Shown: positions 49,414 through 60,253, counted from the first letter of the stretch. The stretch is DNA of 64,000 nt from Phycisphaerae bacterium (GCA_963666835.2 CAXXGO010000006.1:896001-960000); one strand, 5' to 3'. A program made the numbers and translations. The notes: generated by a model from the letters alone, not told the origin.

Positions 49414-50367
49414 GTGGCGAAGCACTTGGAAATCAACGTACCGATCGAAGATACGACCCAGCGGGACGTGCTCTATGGCTCTGCGGATCGCCACCTTCGG
49501 TTGATCAGAACGGCGTTTGACGTCCGCGTAAGCGCCCGGAACGACACGGTACATATCAGTGGTCCGGAGGAAGGCGTCCGCAAGGCGGCGTGTGTCATTG
49601 AGGAACTTCAACACAAGCTTCGGCACCGGATGAGCATCAGCGAAGATGTTGTCCAAGATTCTATTCACCGAGCCCGTGCCGTCACCCGAGCACCGGCCGA
49701 GCCGGAACTCGATGTGTTTCTTCCTTCCGCGTCCATCGCCCCCAGAGGATCCGGGCAGCGCGCTTATGTAGAAGCTGTGCAGAACCATGATCTGACGTTC
49801 TGCCTGGGCCCGGCGGGGACCGGCAAGACGTACCTGGCCGTGGCGATAGCGGTTTCGCTGCTCAAGCACCGCAAGATCAAGCGGATCGTGCTGGTTCGTC
49901 CTGCGGTGGAGGCGGGGGAGAAGCTTGGCTACTTGCCCGGCGACATGCAGGCGAAAGTCAACCCGTACTTGCGACCGCTGTTCGACGCAATGCACGACAT
50001 GATGCCGTTCGAGCAGGTCAGGCGTTTCATGAACGACGACGTAATCGAGGTTGTTCCGTTGGCGTTTATGCGGGGGCGTACTCTGAATAACTCGGCGATC
50101 ATCCTCGACGAGGCCCAGAACTCGACTATCGGGCAGATGTTGATGTTCCTGACTCGGTTGGGTCATCACAGCAAGATGATCGTCACCGGCGACGACAGCC
50201 AGACGGACCTGGAAGGCAGCGCCTGCGGTTTCACCGACGCAGTCGACAAGCTCGAGGGTGTTAACGGGATCGCGGTGATCCGGCTGGGTAACGAAGATAT
50301 CGTGCGGCATGCGCTGGTGCAGCGTGTGGTGGAGGCGTACGGGCGAGGGGAGCCTAACGTCCTATAA
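49414..50367 (+). CDS. phoH: PhoH family ATPase
   Basis: GPAGTGKT, RPAVEAGE, MRGRT and DEAQN. Confidence 0.93.
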   Translation: MAKHLEINVPIEDTTQRDVLYGSADRHLRLIRTAFDVRVSARNDTVHISGPEEGVRKAACVIEELQHKLRHRMSISEDVVQDSIHRARAVTRAPAEPELDVFLPSASIAPRGSGQRAYVEAVQNHDLTFCLGPAGTGKTYLAVAIAVSLLKHRKIKRIVLVRPAVEAGEKLGYLPGDMQAKVNPYLRPLFDAMHDMMPFEQVRRFMNDDVIEVVPLAFMRGRTLNNSAIILDEAQNSTIGQMLMFLTRLGHHSKMIVTGDDSQTDLEGSACGFTDAVDKLEGVNGIAVIRLGNEDIVRHALVQRVVEAYGRGEPNVL

Positions 50368-50484
50368 TGGAGCCCCTGGCGCGGTTTGACGGCCTACCGT
50401 GGGCTCCGGTGTGCGTTGGAGACCCTTTGGGTCGATAATCCTACGAAGCCGGGGATAACACGGAGCCACTCGGATTCGAAAGCG

Positions 50485-52821
50485 ATGTTTGGCTGGTCAA
50501 AAAAGCCCAAGATCAGACGGCGACAGGTTCGCGAGCATCGCGCGCGCATTACGGTTCCGGTGCGGACCCGCTTGGCGGCGCGGATCTTCTCCTGGCCGGT
50601 ATTGGTTGGGCTGGTTTTCGTAGCCGGGGCATCGGCTATCACGGTCTGGGGTGAGGCGGCGCTGCCGTACTCGGTCGGGCAACGGGTGCCGTACCCCATT
50701 TACGCCCGGGTCGATTTCCGAGTGCCCGATGTGGAGCAAACCGCCGATGACCGCCGCGCGGCGCGGGCGGCCACCCCCAGCTACTATACTCCGAACCGAA
50801 GTGCGCTGACGTACGACAGCGTTCGCGCCGAGCTTCGACGGCTTTACGGCACTGCGGCGGACGCGGCCACGTACGAGGAATTCGAGAAGGCGCTGGCTGA
50901 TGTCGACTGGGCGGTCAGCGATGGTGTTTACCGGCGGTTGCGCGCTTTGGTGGACCGGCCCGAGGATACCGGGCGTCAGCAGTTTGAGGAGTGGATTGCC
51001 GCACTGCCGCTGGAGAACGAGTATGTAGTGCGAGGCTTACGCGAGGAACTCCGCCACCCGGCGAGCACGACGGACTACATTGTGTTGGACACGTCGGCCG
51101 GGGACGGTGACGCGAAGGTCACTCAAGTACCGCATTCGCAACTCGTCTCGCAAGCGCGTGAGAAAGCCCTACGCGGAAGTGCCGCGGACGTGGCCCGGCG
51201 TTTTCCGATCTATGAACTTCGTCCGGCGATCGAAGCGATTGTTTTCGCCGCTTTTCAGGCGCAGCCTACGATTATCTTCGACCAGGAGCGGACGGTCGAG
51301 GAGATGCGCGCGGCCGAGGAAGCCACGCCGGAAGCGCTGGCCACGTATGAACGAGACAAGCCGTTTGTTAAGCCCGGCGTGCTCGGCACGGTCGAGTATC
51401 AGCTTCTCAAGGCAGAGCAAGCCGCCTATGTAGAGTTCTTAAGAGAAGACGACCCGCTGGCACACAAGCTGCGCCAGAGGCAACTGCTCCGGCAACTGGG
51501 GCTGGTCGTTCTGGTTGGGATGTTGTCGGTCGGCCTGCTGGTCTACGTTCACATGCATCAGCCACGCATCTTCGAGGTACGTTCCAGTAGCGCGGCGTTC
51601 TCGGTGTTGTTGTTGGCTACCCTGCTGGCCGCTCGGATCCTGGGCTCAAAATGGGGTCACATTCCGGAACTGACGTTCACCCCATGCCTGTTGTCGGCGA
51701 GTATTTTAGCGATCGTATACCCTCGGCGATTCGCCATCGGAGCGTCCTGTATCACTATTGCACTGGTAACCGTGTCGCTCGGGGCGGATTTCACGTACTT
51801 GCTCACGCTGCTGGTCGGCGTGACGGTCATAGCGTTTCAACTTCACGAGATTCGGTCGCGGACGAAGATCATCACGGCCGGGCTGTTGACGGCTTTGGCA
51901 ATCACGGTGACCTCGGCCGCCGACGGGTTAGTCCACGGCCATACGCTGGACTTCGTTTGGTACCACGCATTGTGGGCGGGTGGCTGCGCCCTGCTGGCGT
52001 CTTTCGTATTGTCGGGCACTCTGCCGTTCATCGAACGGCTGTTTCGGGTAGCGACATCGCTGACGCTATTGGAATGGCGCGATCCGACCAAGCCTCTTCT
52101 GCAGCTTCTGGCCCGGGAAGCCCCGGGGACCTACAACCACAGCCTGGTGTTGGGGACTTTGGCGGAGGCCGCGTGCGAGCGGATCGGAGCCAACGGGCTC
52201 CTTGCCCAGGTCGGTTCGCTGTACCACGACATCGGTAAGATCTCCAAAGCCGGGTATTTTGCAGAGAACCAAGAAGGGCGGATCAACCGCCACGACAATC
52301 TGGCTCCGACGATGAGCCTGTTGATCATTCTCGGGCACGTCAAGGACGGGGTCGAGATGGCCAAGGAGTACAAACTGCCACGAGTTCTCCATCAGTTCAT
52401 CGGGGAGCATCACGGTACGACGGTGGTGCGATATTTCCACCACATGGCAAGCGAGAAACAGCCCCAAATCGCCAGCGGTAAGCATGATCGCGAGGTTCCG
52501 GAAGCCGAGTTCCGCTACACCGGACCAAAACCGCGCACGCGCGAGTCGGCAGTGGTCATGTTGTGCGACGGAGTGGAAAGCGCGGTTCGCGCTCAAGCGG
52601 AGCCGACGGTCGGACGAATCGAGAGTACGGTCCACCAAATGGTAGCCGGACGGATGGCCGACGGTCAGCTCAGTGACTGCGATATGACCATGCGACAGCT
52701 ACGCCAGGTAGAGGAATCGCTGGTCAAGAGTTTGTGTGCCATCTATCATGGGCGGGTGGCTTATCCCAAAGCCTCAAAACCGGCGGAGATGCCGGCAGAG
52801 CCTGCGAGGGTCAGCGTGTAG
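50485..52821 (+). CDS. 7TM-HDIG phosphohydrolase (PgpH-like)
   Basis: Extracytoplasmic domain and 7 TM helices; APGTYNHS, YHDIGK, EHHGT and GPKP. Confidence 0.9.
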   Translation: MFGWSKKPKIRRRQVREHRARITVPVRTRLAARIFSWPVLVGLVFVAGASAITVWGEAALPYSVGQRVPYPIYARVDFRVPDVEQTADDRRAARAATPSYYTPNRSALTYDSVRAELRRLYGTAADAATYEEFEKALADVDWAVSDGVYRRLRALVDRPEDTGRQQFEEWIAALPLENEYVVRGLREELRHPASTTDYIVLDTSAGDGDAKVTQVPHSQLVSQAREKALRGSAADVARRFPIYELRPAIEAIVFAAFQAQPTIIFDQERTVEEMRAAEEATPEALATYERDKPFVKPGVLGTVEYQLLKAEQAAYVEFLREDDPLAHKLRQRQLLRQLGLVVLVGMLSVGLLVYVHMHQPRIFEVRSSSAAFSVLLLATLLAARILGSKWGHIPELTFTPCLLSASILAIVYPRRFAIGASCITIALVTVSLGADFTYLLTLLVGVTVIAFQLHEIRSRTKIITAGLLTALAITVTSAADGLVHGHTLDFVWYHALWAGGCALLASFVLSGTLPFIERLFRVATSLTLLEWRDPTKPLLQLLAREAPGTYNHSLVLGTLAEAACERIGANGLLAQVGSLYHDIGKISKAGYFAENQEGRINRHDNLAPTMSLLIILGHVKDGVEMAKEYKLPRVLHQFIGEHHGTTVVRYFHHMASEKQPQIASGKHDREVPEAEFRYTGPKPRTRESAVVMLCDGVESAVRAQAEPTVGRIESTVHQMVAGRMADGQLSDCDMTMRQLRQVEESLVKSLCAIYHGRVAYPKASKPAEMPAEPARVSV

Positions 52822-52860
52822 CTGCCTGCCGGGTATCCGGGGGGCAGATTGAAAAGTCTA

Positions 52861-53346
52861 ATGGAAGACGATTCTCCCTACGAAATAGCCATTGCCCGCA
52901 CCGGCGGGCTCGCTTCGGTTTCGGAGGAATGCCTCTCCGGGGCGATTCGGGCGACCCTCGAGCGGCATCATGTTTCCCGGGCTCAAATCAGCGTAGCTTT
53001 GGTCGACGACGACCGAATCACCCAGCTCAACGAGGCTCACCTTGACCATCAGGGTCCTACCGACGTGCTGACGTTCGATCTTCGGGACGCCGAGTCCGGC
53101 AGTGCGGCAGTTGCGGGCGACCCGATCGAGGGGGAGATCGTGGTCTCGGTGGATACTGCAGACCGGGAAGCGCGGACTCGCGGACATGAACTCGATGCAG
53201 AGTTGGCTCTCTACGTTATCCACGGGACTCTTCACCTGCTCGGGTTCGATGACCAGACCACGGATGAGGCCGCGCGGATGCACGGGGTCGAAGACGAGAT
53301 CCTCGTGTCCCTCGGGTTCGGACCGGTCTACGGGGGGACCGCGTGA
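52861..53346 (+). CDS. ybeY: rRNA maturation endoribonuclease YbeY
   Basis: PTDVLTF, GEIVVS and IHGTLHLLGFD. Confidence 0.92.
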   Translation: MEDDSPYEIAIARTGGLASVSEECLSGAIRATLERHHVSRAQISVALVDDDRITQLNEAHLDHQGPTDVLTFDLRDAESGSAAVAGDPIEGEIVVSVDTADREARTRGHELDAELALYVIHGTLHLLGFDDQTTDEAARMHGVEDEILVSLGFGPVYGGTA

Positions 53347-54071
53347 TGATCGTGGCGCTGTTGCAGCCCAAGTTCGAGCCGACCAGCCAGGCCGCCAACG
53401 TCCAAGGGATAATGTCGGCGATCAACGCGGCCGGGCGGGCAAGTCCGGCGCCCGATCTTCTTGTGTTGCCCGGAGCGTGCGACACGGGCGGGGTCAAGGT
53501 CGGCGCAAGCTGGACGGAATCCGCGCGGGACCGTGTGGCCGAGATGGTAGCCTGGAAGGCCCGCGAGTGGGGGATCTTCATCGCCGTCGGAGTGCATTCC
53601 ATTGCCGGCGACACCATCGAAAACGCGGCTCTGCTCTTTGACCCGGATGGGGACATCGCTGTGAGCCACACTCCTCCTGACAGTGTCAAGATCTGGGACA
53701 GCCCCGGAGGCAGGATTGGGCTGATCGGATCGGCCTCGCCGGCCGGGTTCGACGGCGGCGACCCGGATGAGCGGCGTGAGATGGTAATCGCCTGGCCTTA
53801 TGCCGTAGCGGGCAAGGCCAAGCTGCGCCGAGTTCAGGAACAGGTGGTCGCCGGATTGTGTGGCAACCCGGCAAAGACCGAAGGGGCGTACTGGGTCGTG
53901 GCCGCTCCGCCCGGTCAGCCGCTTCCGTTACCGGACGGAACCGGATCGGAAACCACGTTTGCATGCGGGCCGGATGGGAATACACTCCCTCGGGCCGTTG
54001 AGACTCCCGATTCGAATCTGTGGGTGGAGATCCCGGCACCACCACCCAAGGACACGGGGGGTGGCGCCTGA
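53343..54071 (+). CDS. Degenerate carbon-nitrogen hydrolase fold protein
   Basis: IVALLQ, DLLVLP, NAALLFDPDG and GRIGLI; the catalytic residues are not evident. Confidence 0.55.
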   Translation: MMIVALLQPKFEPTSQAANVQGIMSAINAAGRASPAPDLLVLPGACDTGGVKVGASWTESARDRVAEMVAWKAREWGIFIAVGVHSIAGDTIENAALLFDPDGDIAVSHTPPDSVKIWDSPGGRIGLIGSASPAGFDGGDPDERREMVIAWPYAVAGKAKLRRVQEQVVAGLCGNPAKTEGAYWVVAAPPGQPLPLPDGTGSETTFACGPDGNTLPRAVETPDSNLWVEIPAPPPKDTGGGA

Positions 54072-54147
54072 AGCTCGCCTCAGCGATCATGCAGACTGAT
54101 CGCCTCGAGGCTCTGGATATTGCAGTTGTCTGCATTGAGGCCCGTCG

Positions 54148-55434
54148 GTGGGCGATTGGACTATTTTGGTCGGGCTGCTGGCGCTCGTAGCGTTGCTGTT
54201 GTTCTCCACCTTGAACCATGCACTGCACGTCCTGTCGCGCGCGCGGCTGGCAGAGCAACTCAAGAAGGTTCAGCGGGAGAGCGTGTTCGAGAACTTCGTG
54301 GCCGCGCGTCCTCAGTATTTGCTCGCCACGGCTGTGTTGCGGTCGATATTCACTTTGCTGCTGCTGGTAACGGTATTCGCGTACTTTGACGTCGTCGGTT
54401 CAGAGCGTCCCGGGGCAGCGACGGCCGGATCGGGTGCGGTGGCCTTGGGGTTCGTGCTGGTGTTCGGCGTAGCCATCCCCAACGCCTGGGCGAAGTACTG
54501 CGGCGAGTGGCTGATTGTCCGGGTGCTCCCTCTTCTAGCGGCCGTTCGCGTTCTGTGTTTTCCGGTGACGGTAGTTCTCGCGGTTTTCGACCCGTTCGTT
54601 CGCCGCCTGGCCGGGGTGCCGGTGCGTGACGCGCGGTCCTATGCCGACGAGCTCGAGCAGGAGATTCTCAACGCCGTCAGCGAAGGTGAGCGCCACGGGG
54701 CGGTGGATGAGGAAGAGAAGGAGATGATCGAGTCGGTCATCGAGCTGTCTGAAACGCGAGTCGAGGAGATTATGACTCCGCGGACGGATATAGTCGCCCT
54801 CGACAAGAATACCGAGCTTGACGACGTCCTGGACATCGTGCGGGTAAAGGGGCACTCGCGGATTCCGGTCTTCGATGAGACGATCGACGTGGTGCTGGGC
54901 GTCCTTTACGCCAAAGACCTTTTGCGACAGACCAAAGACACTCCCTTCCGTTTGACCGCCATCATGCGGAAGGTGCTGTTCGTCCCGGAATCGAAGCTCG
55001 TGCGCGAGCTTCTGCGCGAGTTTCAGACTCAGAAGGTCCACATTGCGGTTGTCTTGGATGAGTACGGCGGGACCGCGGGGTTGGTAACGATCGAGGACAT
55101 TCTCGAAGAGCTCGTCGGGGAGATTGTGGACGAATACGATCGCGCCGAGCCGGTGGAACTATTCCGGATAGACGACCAGACCATTGAAGTGGACGCGCGG
55201 ATGCGGATCGACGATTTGAACGATCAGTTCGACATAGACCTGCCCGAAGACGAAGACTACGAGACGATCGGTGGGTTCGTCTTCAGCACCTTGGGGAAGA
55301 TCCCCGAAGTCGGCGAATCGTGCGGCCACAAAAACATCGGGATTCAGGTTATTGCTGCCGACCCGCGTCGGATCGTTCGCTTGCGCCTGAAGATGGTTCC
55401 CGAGACGGCGACCGACACCCCTCCTACGGATTGA
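54148..55434 (+). CDS. Hemolysin/CNNM-CBS-CorC family protein
   Basis: TM region, IMTPR, HSRIPV, DEYGGTAGLVTIEDILEE and YETIGG. Confidence 0.92.
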   Translation: MGDWTILVGLLALVALLLFSTLNHALHVLSRARLAEQLKKVQRESVFENFVAARPQYLLATAVLRSIFTLLLLVTVFAYFDVVGSERPGAATAGSGAVALGFVLVFGVAIPNAWAKYCGEWLIVRVLPLLAAVRVLCFPVTVVLAVFDPFVRRLAGVPVRDARSYADELEQEILNAVSEGERHGAVDEEEKEMIESVIELSETRVEEIMTPRTDIVALDKNTELDDVLDIVRVKGHSRIPVFDETIDVVLGVLYAKDLLRQTKDTPFRLTAIMRKVLFVPESKLVRELLREFQTQKVHIAVVLDEYGGTAGLVTIEDILEELVGEIVDEYDRAEPVELFRIDDQTIEVDARMRIDDLNDQFDIDLPEDEDYETIGGFVFSTLGKIPEVGESCGHKNIGIQVIAADPRRIVRLRLKMVPETATDTPPTD

Positions 55435-56398
55435 TCGCTCCGGAATTGCGCGACCGTACCGGATCCACCCACGCTCCCTCCCGATGGTTGATCGAGAAAA
55501 GCCGGTTGTCGCCGTCGAACTCCACGACCCCCGACTTGTTGACGTTGTAACCCAGAGATTCGAGCGTTTCCTCGGAACAATGGCCGTCGACCCACAACAC
55601 GTTGCCCCGCCCCCGATGACGCTCGTGGATTGCCGTGCGCGCCTGCTCCGATTCCTTGAGCCAGGCCATTTCGCCGATGTCAGGGTCCACGCATGGGGGA
55701 TCGAGATTGAACCCCTCGTTCCCCACGGCGGTTACCGATCGCCCACTGGCGCTGTCGCCGGGGAGGTTGTCCTCATAGCTGGTGCGTTCCTTCACCGGAA
55801 ACGAGGCGGCCGTGCCCAGACTGTCTGCCACAGCCACGCACTCTGCGGGTATCCGCACTTTTGAATAACGCACCGGCCAGTTCTTGAAGGATGTCGGATC
55901 ACTACTGTCGAGAAGTCTGGCGTTGCCAAGGAACTGGTAATTATACCCGTAGCACCCGTTGCGTTCGTCCGTCCACGTCGGCACGACCGGACACACGTAG
56001 AACTCGTTGGAGTAGTTCTGGCGATCGCCCGGCTGCTGATAGCGGTCTATTATGTTCTTGGTGGGTTGGGGGTCGTCGAAGGGCGGAAGACCCAACTGCG
56101 TTGCCATCATCGCCAGAAAGCTCGGCCGGTACTTGAGCCCGCCCTCGACCCTTATGGCCCATTGCTCACTGTCGACCTTGGGCATTCTGCCGGGCACGAG
56201 AACATCTTCATTCTCGTTGGCGTAGAGCACCAGCCCTTGCCCCACGGTGCGCAATCGCGTGGCACAGACCGTGGACTTCGCCTGATCCCGCGCCCGGCTC
56301 ATCGCCGGGAGCATCAGCCCGGCCAGTACGCCGATAATGGCCACGACCGTCAACAGCTCGATCAGCGTAAACGCCTTGCAGTGCCTTTGCCGGGTGAT
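55424..56398 (-). CDS. Prepilin-type N-terminal cleavage / H-X9-DG domain protein
   Basis: The frame extends upstream of 56353 to KAFTLIELL and contains RHRGRGNVLWVDGH. The only plausible start is ATC at 56398. Confidence 0.8.
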   Translation of the reverse strand: MTRQRHCKAFTLIELLTVVAIIGVLAGLMLPAMSRARDQAKSTVCATRLRTVGQGLVLYANENEDVLVPGRMPKVDSEQWAIRVEGGLKYRPSFLAMMATQLGLPPFDDPQPTKNIIDRYQQPGDRQNYSNEFYVCPVVPTWTDERNGCYGYNYQFLGNARLLDSSDPTSFKNWPVRYSKVRIPAECVAVADSLGTAASFPVKERTSYEDNLPGDSASGRSVTAVGNEGFNLDPPCVDPDIGEMAWLKESEQARTAIHERHRGRGNVLWVDGHCSEETLESLGYNVNKSGVVEFDGDNRLFSINHREGAWVDPVRSRNSGAINP

Positions 56399-56402
56399 CT
56401 GC

Positions 56403-57683
56403 CTATTCCTTCAAATCCAGGGCGATTACCGCGTTGCGGTCTCGAATCAACAGAGTCGTACCCGCCAGCGTCGGCGTCACCCGACACGGCGTTTCCAACA
56501 GCTTGACTTTGGAGTGGATAACCAGTCCCGGACCCTTGGCGGTCGCCAAGGCCAACACCCCGGTCTCATCCAGGATAATCAGTTTGCCGTCCCCATAGAC
56601 CAGGTGCGGTCTGGCGAAGCCCTCCTGTTGTCCCACGACCTTTCCGGTGGCGGCTTCCACGACGATCAGCGCCGGCTTTCCGTCCTTGCCGAGGCCGGAT
56701 CCGTACAGGTAATCGCCCAGGCGAATCACATTCGGGCCGTCAAGGGCGGCCGGAACTGACTCCCACATCTGGGCCGCGACCATCTTGCCCTCCATCCTCA
56801 TCAGGTGGAACATCCGCCCCGGCGTTCCTTCGCTCCCCGGAAAGAAGAGCTGATCCCCGGGTCCCCAGACCGGGTTGGCCTGGCTGACTGTCGGCACGGC
56901 GTCGTGGGGAGCACTCCAGAGGAATTCTCCATCAACTGCGCTGAACCCGATTACGCCGCGGGATCCCAGCAGGATGAGGTGAGGCTCGCCCTGGAAGTTG
57001 ACCACGATCGGCGAGCTGAAACCGTTTCGAAACGGTGCCGACTTCCAAACGGCGCGCCCGTCCTCGGGGGCCAACGCGGCGAACCCCATTCGCCCTCCGC
57101 CGGCTTGGATGATAATCAGCTCATTGTGCTCAATCGGACTCGAAGCGTAGCCCGTCGGGAGGAAGGTGCCGCCGAAATCCATGAACACGTTGCGGGTCCA
57201 TCGATACTTCCCGTCCGCCCTTTCCCAAGCGTAGATCTTCCCCGTGAACCCCACGGTATAGATGCCGTCTTTCAGAACCAGAGGGGTTGTTCTCGGACCC
57301 TCGCCGTGGCTCAGATCATATTTGCTCGTCAGGGGCGCCGGATACCGTGATTTCCAGAGCTCCTCTCCGGTCTTCATATCCAACGCCACCAGGGCTTCCT
57401 GCCACGCGTCGAAGAGATACATCACATAAGCCACGCCATCGGCAACCGCGATAGAACCACTCCCGCCCCCCAGTTGGTGGCGCCATAGTTCGCGCGGGCC
57501 CTCTGCGGGCCACTTGGCGGCCAGCCCTTTCGATGCAGCCTTGAAATCGCGGTTCTCGCCGCCCCACTGGGGCCATTGTGCAGAGGCTGCGGTGCCGGCA
57601 GCCAAGAAGAACGCCGCTGCCAGGGCGATCATCAGGCGTTCGGCCACCGTTCGATTCCCTCTTGTCCTGCGGTGTAATGACAT
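56403..57683 (-). CDS. PQQ-like beta-propeller (BamB-like) exported protein
   Basis: QWPQWGG, repeated W-terminated blades and GPRTTP; AGGAG RBS. Confidence 0.85.
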   Translation of the reverse strand: MSLHRRTRGNRTVAERLMIALAAAFFLAAGTAASAQWPQWGGENRDFKAASKGLAAKWPAEGPRELWRHQLGGGSGSIAVADGVAYVMYLFDAWQEALVALDMKTGEELWKSRYPAPLTSKYDLSHGEGPRTTPLVLKDGIYTVGFTGKIYAWERADGKYRWTRNVFMDFGGTFLPTGYASSPIEHNELIIIQAGGGRMGFAALAPEDGRAVWKSAPFRNGFSSPIVVNFQGEPHLILLGSRGVIGFSAVDGEFLWSAPHDAVPTVSQANPVWGPGDQLFFPGSEGTPGRMFHLMRMEGKMVAAQMWESVPAALDGPNVIRLGDYLYGSGLGKDGKPALIVVEAATGKVVGQQEGFARPHLVYGDGKLIILDETGVLALATAKGPGLVIHSKVKLLETPCRVTPTLAGTTLLIRDRNAVIALDLKE

Positions 57684-58219
57684 AGGTTTGGCTCTCCTAC
57701 TCTCGTACTTTGCCGACCGATCGCTCGGCAACTGATTTCATGCCTCTCCGGGTATCGGCGTTACCGGCGTGTGAGCCCGGATCATCAGAGAATAGTAACG
57801 TGGACCGCCTCCGCCAGCCATGCCCACCACGTAACGACGCGCGCGTACGCCGCTTCCCGCGACGACTCCGGGAGCACCGCTCCACCGAGTGCGCGGCCGC
57901 CCAAGTATTGTCGGCAGGTTAAGCGGTCCGATTAGGTCGGGAATCAGCCCGGGCGCCCGGCACGTTTAGATTGAGGCCGCAGGCTTCCCCGGAACCGGGC
58001 CACTATCTTCCGTTTATGGGACGTCATCCGACCGGGCCCAACGAAAGTGCGCGGAACGGCGCTCGAGTTCTCGGCATCCGTATCTCCCCTTGCGGCAAGA
58101 CTCGGTTCCACGGTCCCTTCGCGACGGTCTCTCGAGTCCGTGGCCTGCGACCCTTGTAGTAACTTCAGGCGTGGACCGCACCTCGACCTTGCGCTGTCGT
58201 ACGTGGTCAGCGAATTATG

Positions 58220-58248
58220 TTGACTCTCGATAACCGTTTCGATAGTCT
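58220..58248 (+). promoter_or_regulatory. Sigma-70-type promoter
   Basis: TTGACT-N17-TAGTCT upstream of ATG 58358. Confidence 0.5.
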
Positions 58249-58357
58249 CGATTATTGTGGGGTTGGTGTGCCATCATAAGGTGAAGTGCATCTTCCGATG
58301 GCCGGCCGGTTGGGTGTCTTACCCTGACTTTACTGCAACACTCAGGAGATCGGGATC

Positions 58358-59899
58358 ATGAAGCGGCGTTTTCAGACAAGCGATAGAGCGTTGTCGGTGG
58401 TTGCGTTGGGCGCACTGGTGGTGGCCTTCACCTTTTCACCTGGCGCACAGGCGGCGGAACGGATGGTGATTTGTGAGGAATTCACGAGCGTGAACTGAGG
58501 GGGGTGTAGCAGCGCGGGTACCGCGCTTAACGCCGTTCTGACGGCTCATCCGGACAGCTTCACGTATATTCAGATTCACCTAGACGCCTATTCGACGACC
58601 TGGGGTAACAACCGGGCTAACTTCTACAACATCGAGTACACCCCAACTGCGTGGTTTGACGGATGGTATTCCCTCGTCGGAGATACGCATCTGTACGAGG
58701 GGCGATACACGACCCGCTACAACACGCCGACCGATGTTACAATCGACATCAGCGGAGAGCCGGTAGGCGAAGCGACCTATGAGATTACGGCGAATGTCTG
58801 TATCGAACCCGGCGGCACCGCCAAGACCATGCGGGTGCATGTGGCGCAAGTGCTTGACTACTGGCCGTCCAGCCCATCGTATTCTCGTAACGGGCTCAAG
58901 CAGGCAGCTCCGCAAGCAACGGTCACCGTCGCCCCCGGCGCCTGTGAAGAGGTCGTCAATACGATGACCTTCGATGCGACCAGTTGGACGAACAAAACCG
59001 ACATCAAGATCATCGCCTGGGCTCAAAATACCATGAGTTCCGGACCGTCCGAGGTATACCAGGCCGCCAGGTGGTTCATCCCGATTCCGGGCGATTTCAA
59101 CGGGGATCGCAATGTGGACTCGGAGGACTACGACACGTTTACACTCGATTGCTTCACGGGGCCGGACGGTGGTCCGATCGATCCGGCCTGTACTCCGGGT
59201 GACTTTGACGAAGATGACGACGTTGACTGCGACGATTGGGACCAGTTCGTTCTGGCCTGGACCGCAGGGGGAGATCCACCTGCGTTCGAGACGTGTGTGA
59301 TAGCCTCCCCGGAGCACGCGGCCGGGGAGCATTCTGTCTTGAAGAACCGTTATATCTCGTTCAGTCCGATCGATGCGGGCGGTACGGAAGTCGCCTACCG
59401 GTTGGACACCACCGATAGCACGTTCTTCCCGGATACGGTCGGGACGACCAGGTGGATCGGTGACCCGGATGCGGATAACCTCGCTGGCGTAGAGTCGGAG
59501 CCGATCTACCGCAGTGCCTGGCCGGAAACGGTTCACGTCGGGAGTTGTCACATTGTCCCGGCGTCAGTCTATGCGGTTAGTGCTACAGATGGAGTGGCAA
59601 CGTCTGATCCCCTAGCGCTGTACACGATCATTCAACCCATCCCGAAGAACTGGGGAGATATCGCCGGACCGTTCATCGGTGGCGAGTGGACGGCCCCCAA
59701 CGGCACGGTGAGCATGGACGATGTGATGGCGCTTCTCCAGGTGTTTCAGGCAACCCCCGGTGCTCTCCACATGACCCGTGGTGATTTGCACGATAACGGT
59801 CCTAATCGCGTGGTCAACATGAGCGATGTCATGATTGAAGTGGGTTGCTTCCGCGGCGATCCGTATCCTTACGGTTCGGCGACCGACCCGTGCGAATAG
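58358..59899 (+). CDS. Probable secreted selenoprotein: thioredoxin/Omp28-like domain with UxxC, a dockerin-like domain and a C-terminal domain
   Basis: AGGAG RBS and signal peptide, then VICEEFTSVN-TGA(58496)-GGC and YTPTAWFDG. In frame with ORF 58829-59899, which contains GDFNGDRNVDSED and GDFDEDDDVDCDD. Confidence 0.85.
58511..58527 (+). promoter_or_regulatory. Bacterial SECIS-like hairpin
   Basis: AGCGCG-GGTAC-CGCGCT; the stem begins 12 nt after the TGA and the loop starts with G. Confidence 0.65.
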
Positions 59900-59952
59900 G
59901 CGTGTGACAGAGCTGCGTCACCACACTGCGTAGCGTAGCAGAACCACCGAAG

Positions 59953-59992
59953 CTCCCGGGGCGGCTCAAGACCGCCCCGGGAGTCTTTTTTT
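59953..59992 (+). terminator. Rho-independent terminator
   Basis: CTCCCGGGGCGG...CCGCCCCGGGAG followed by a T-run. Confidence 0.85.
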
Positions 59993-60253
59993 CACGGCCG
60001 GTGATTGCAGAGAATTGCCATCTTCGGGTGGTTAGCCCGGGTCATTCATCCAAGCCAAGGATCGGGCACCAGTCAGTGTCGTGCCAGGGCTTGTTTCCGG
60101 CGTGGAAGCACGCCGTGTTACCATTACGTCACCCACAAGGAATGACGCTACCGCGAGTTACGTGTAATCATGCGAACGTCATGAGTAGTCCGGGCCGGAT
60201 TCGTAGCGATTGATCGTGCCTGATGTACGGCTGCGCCGTGGGGATTATTGTCA

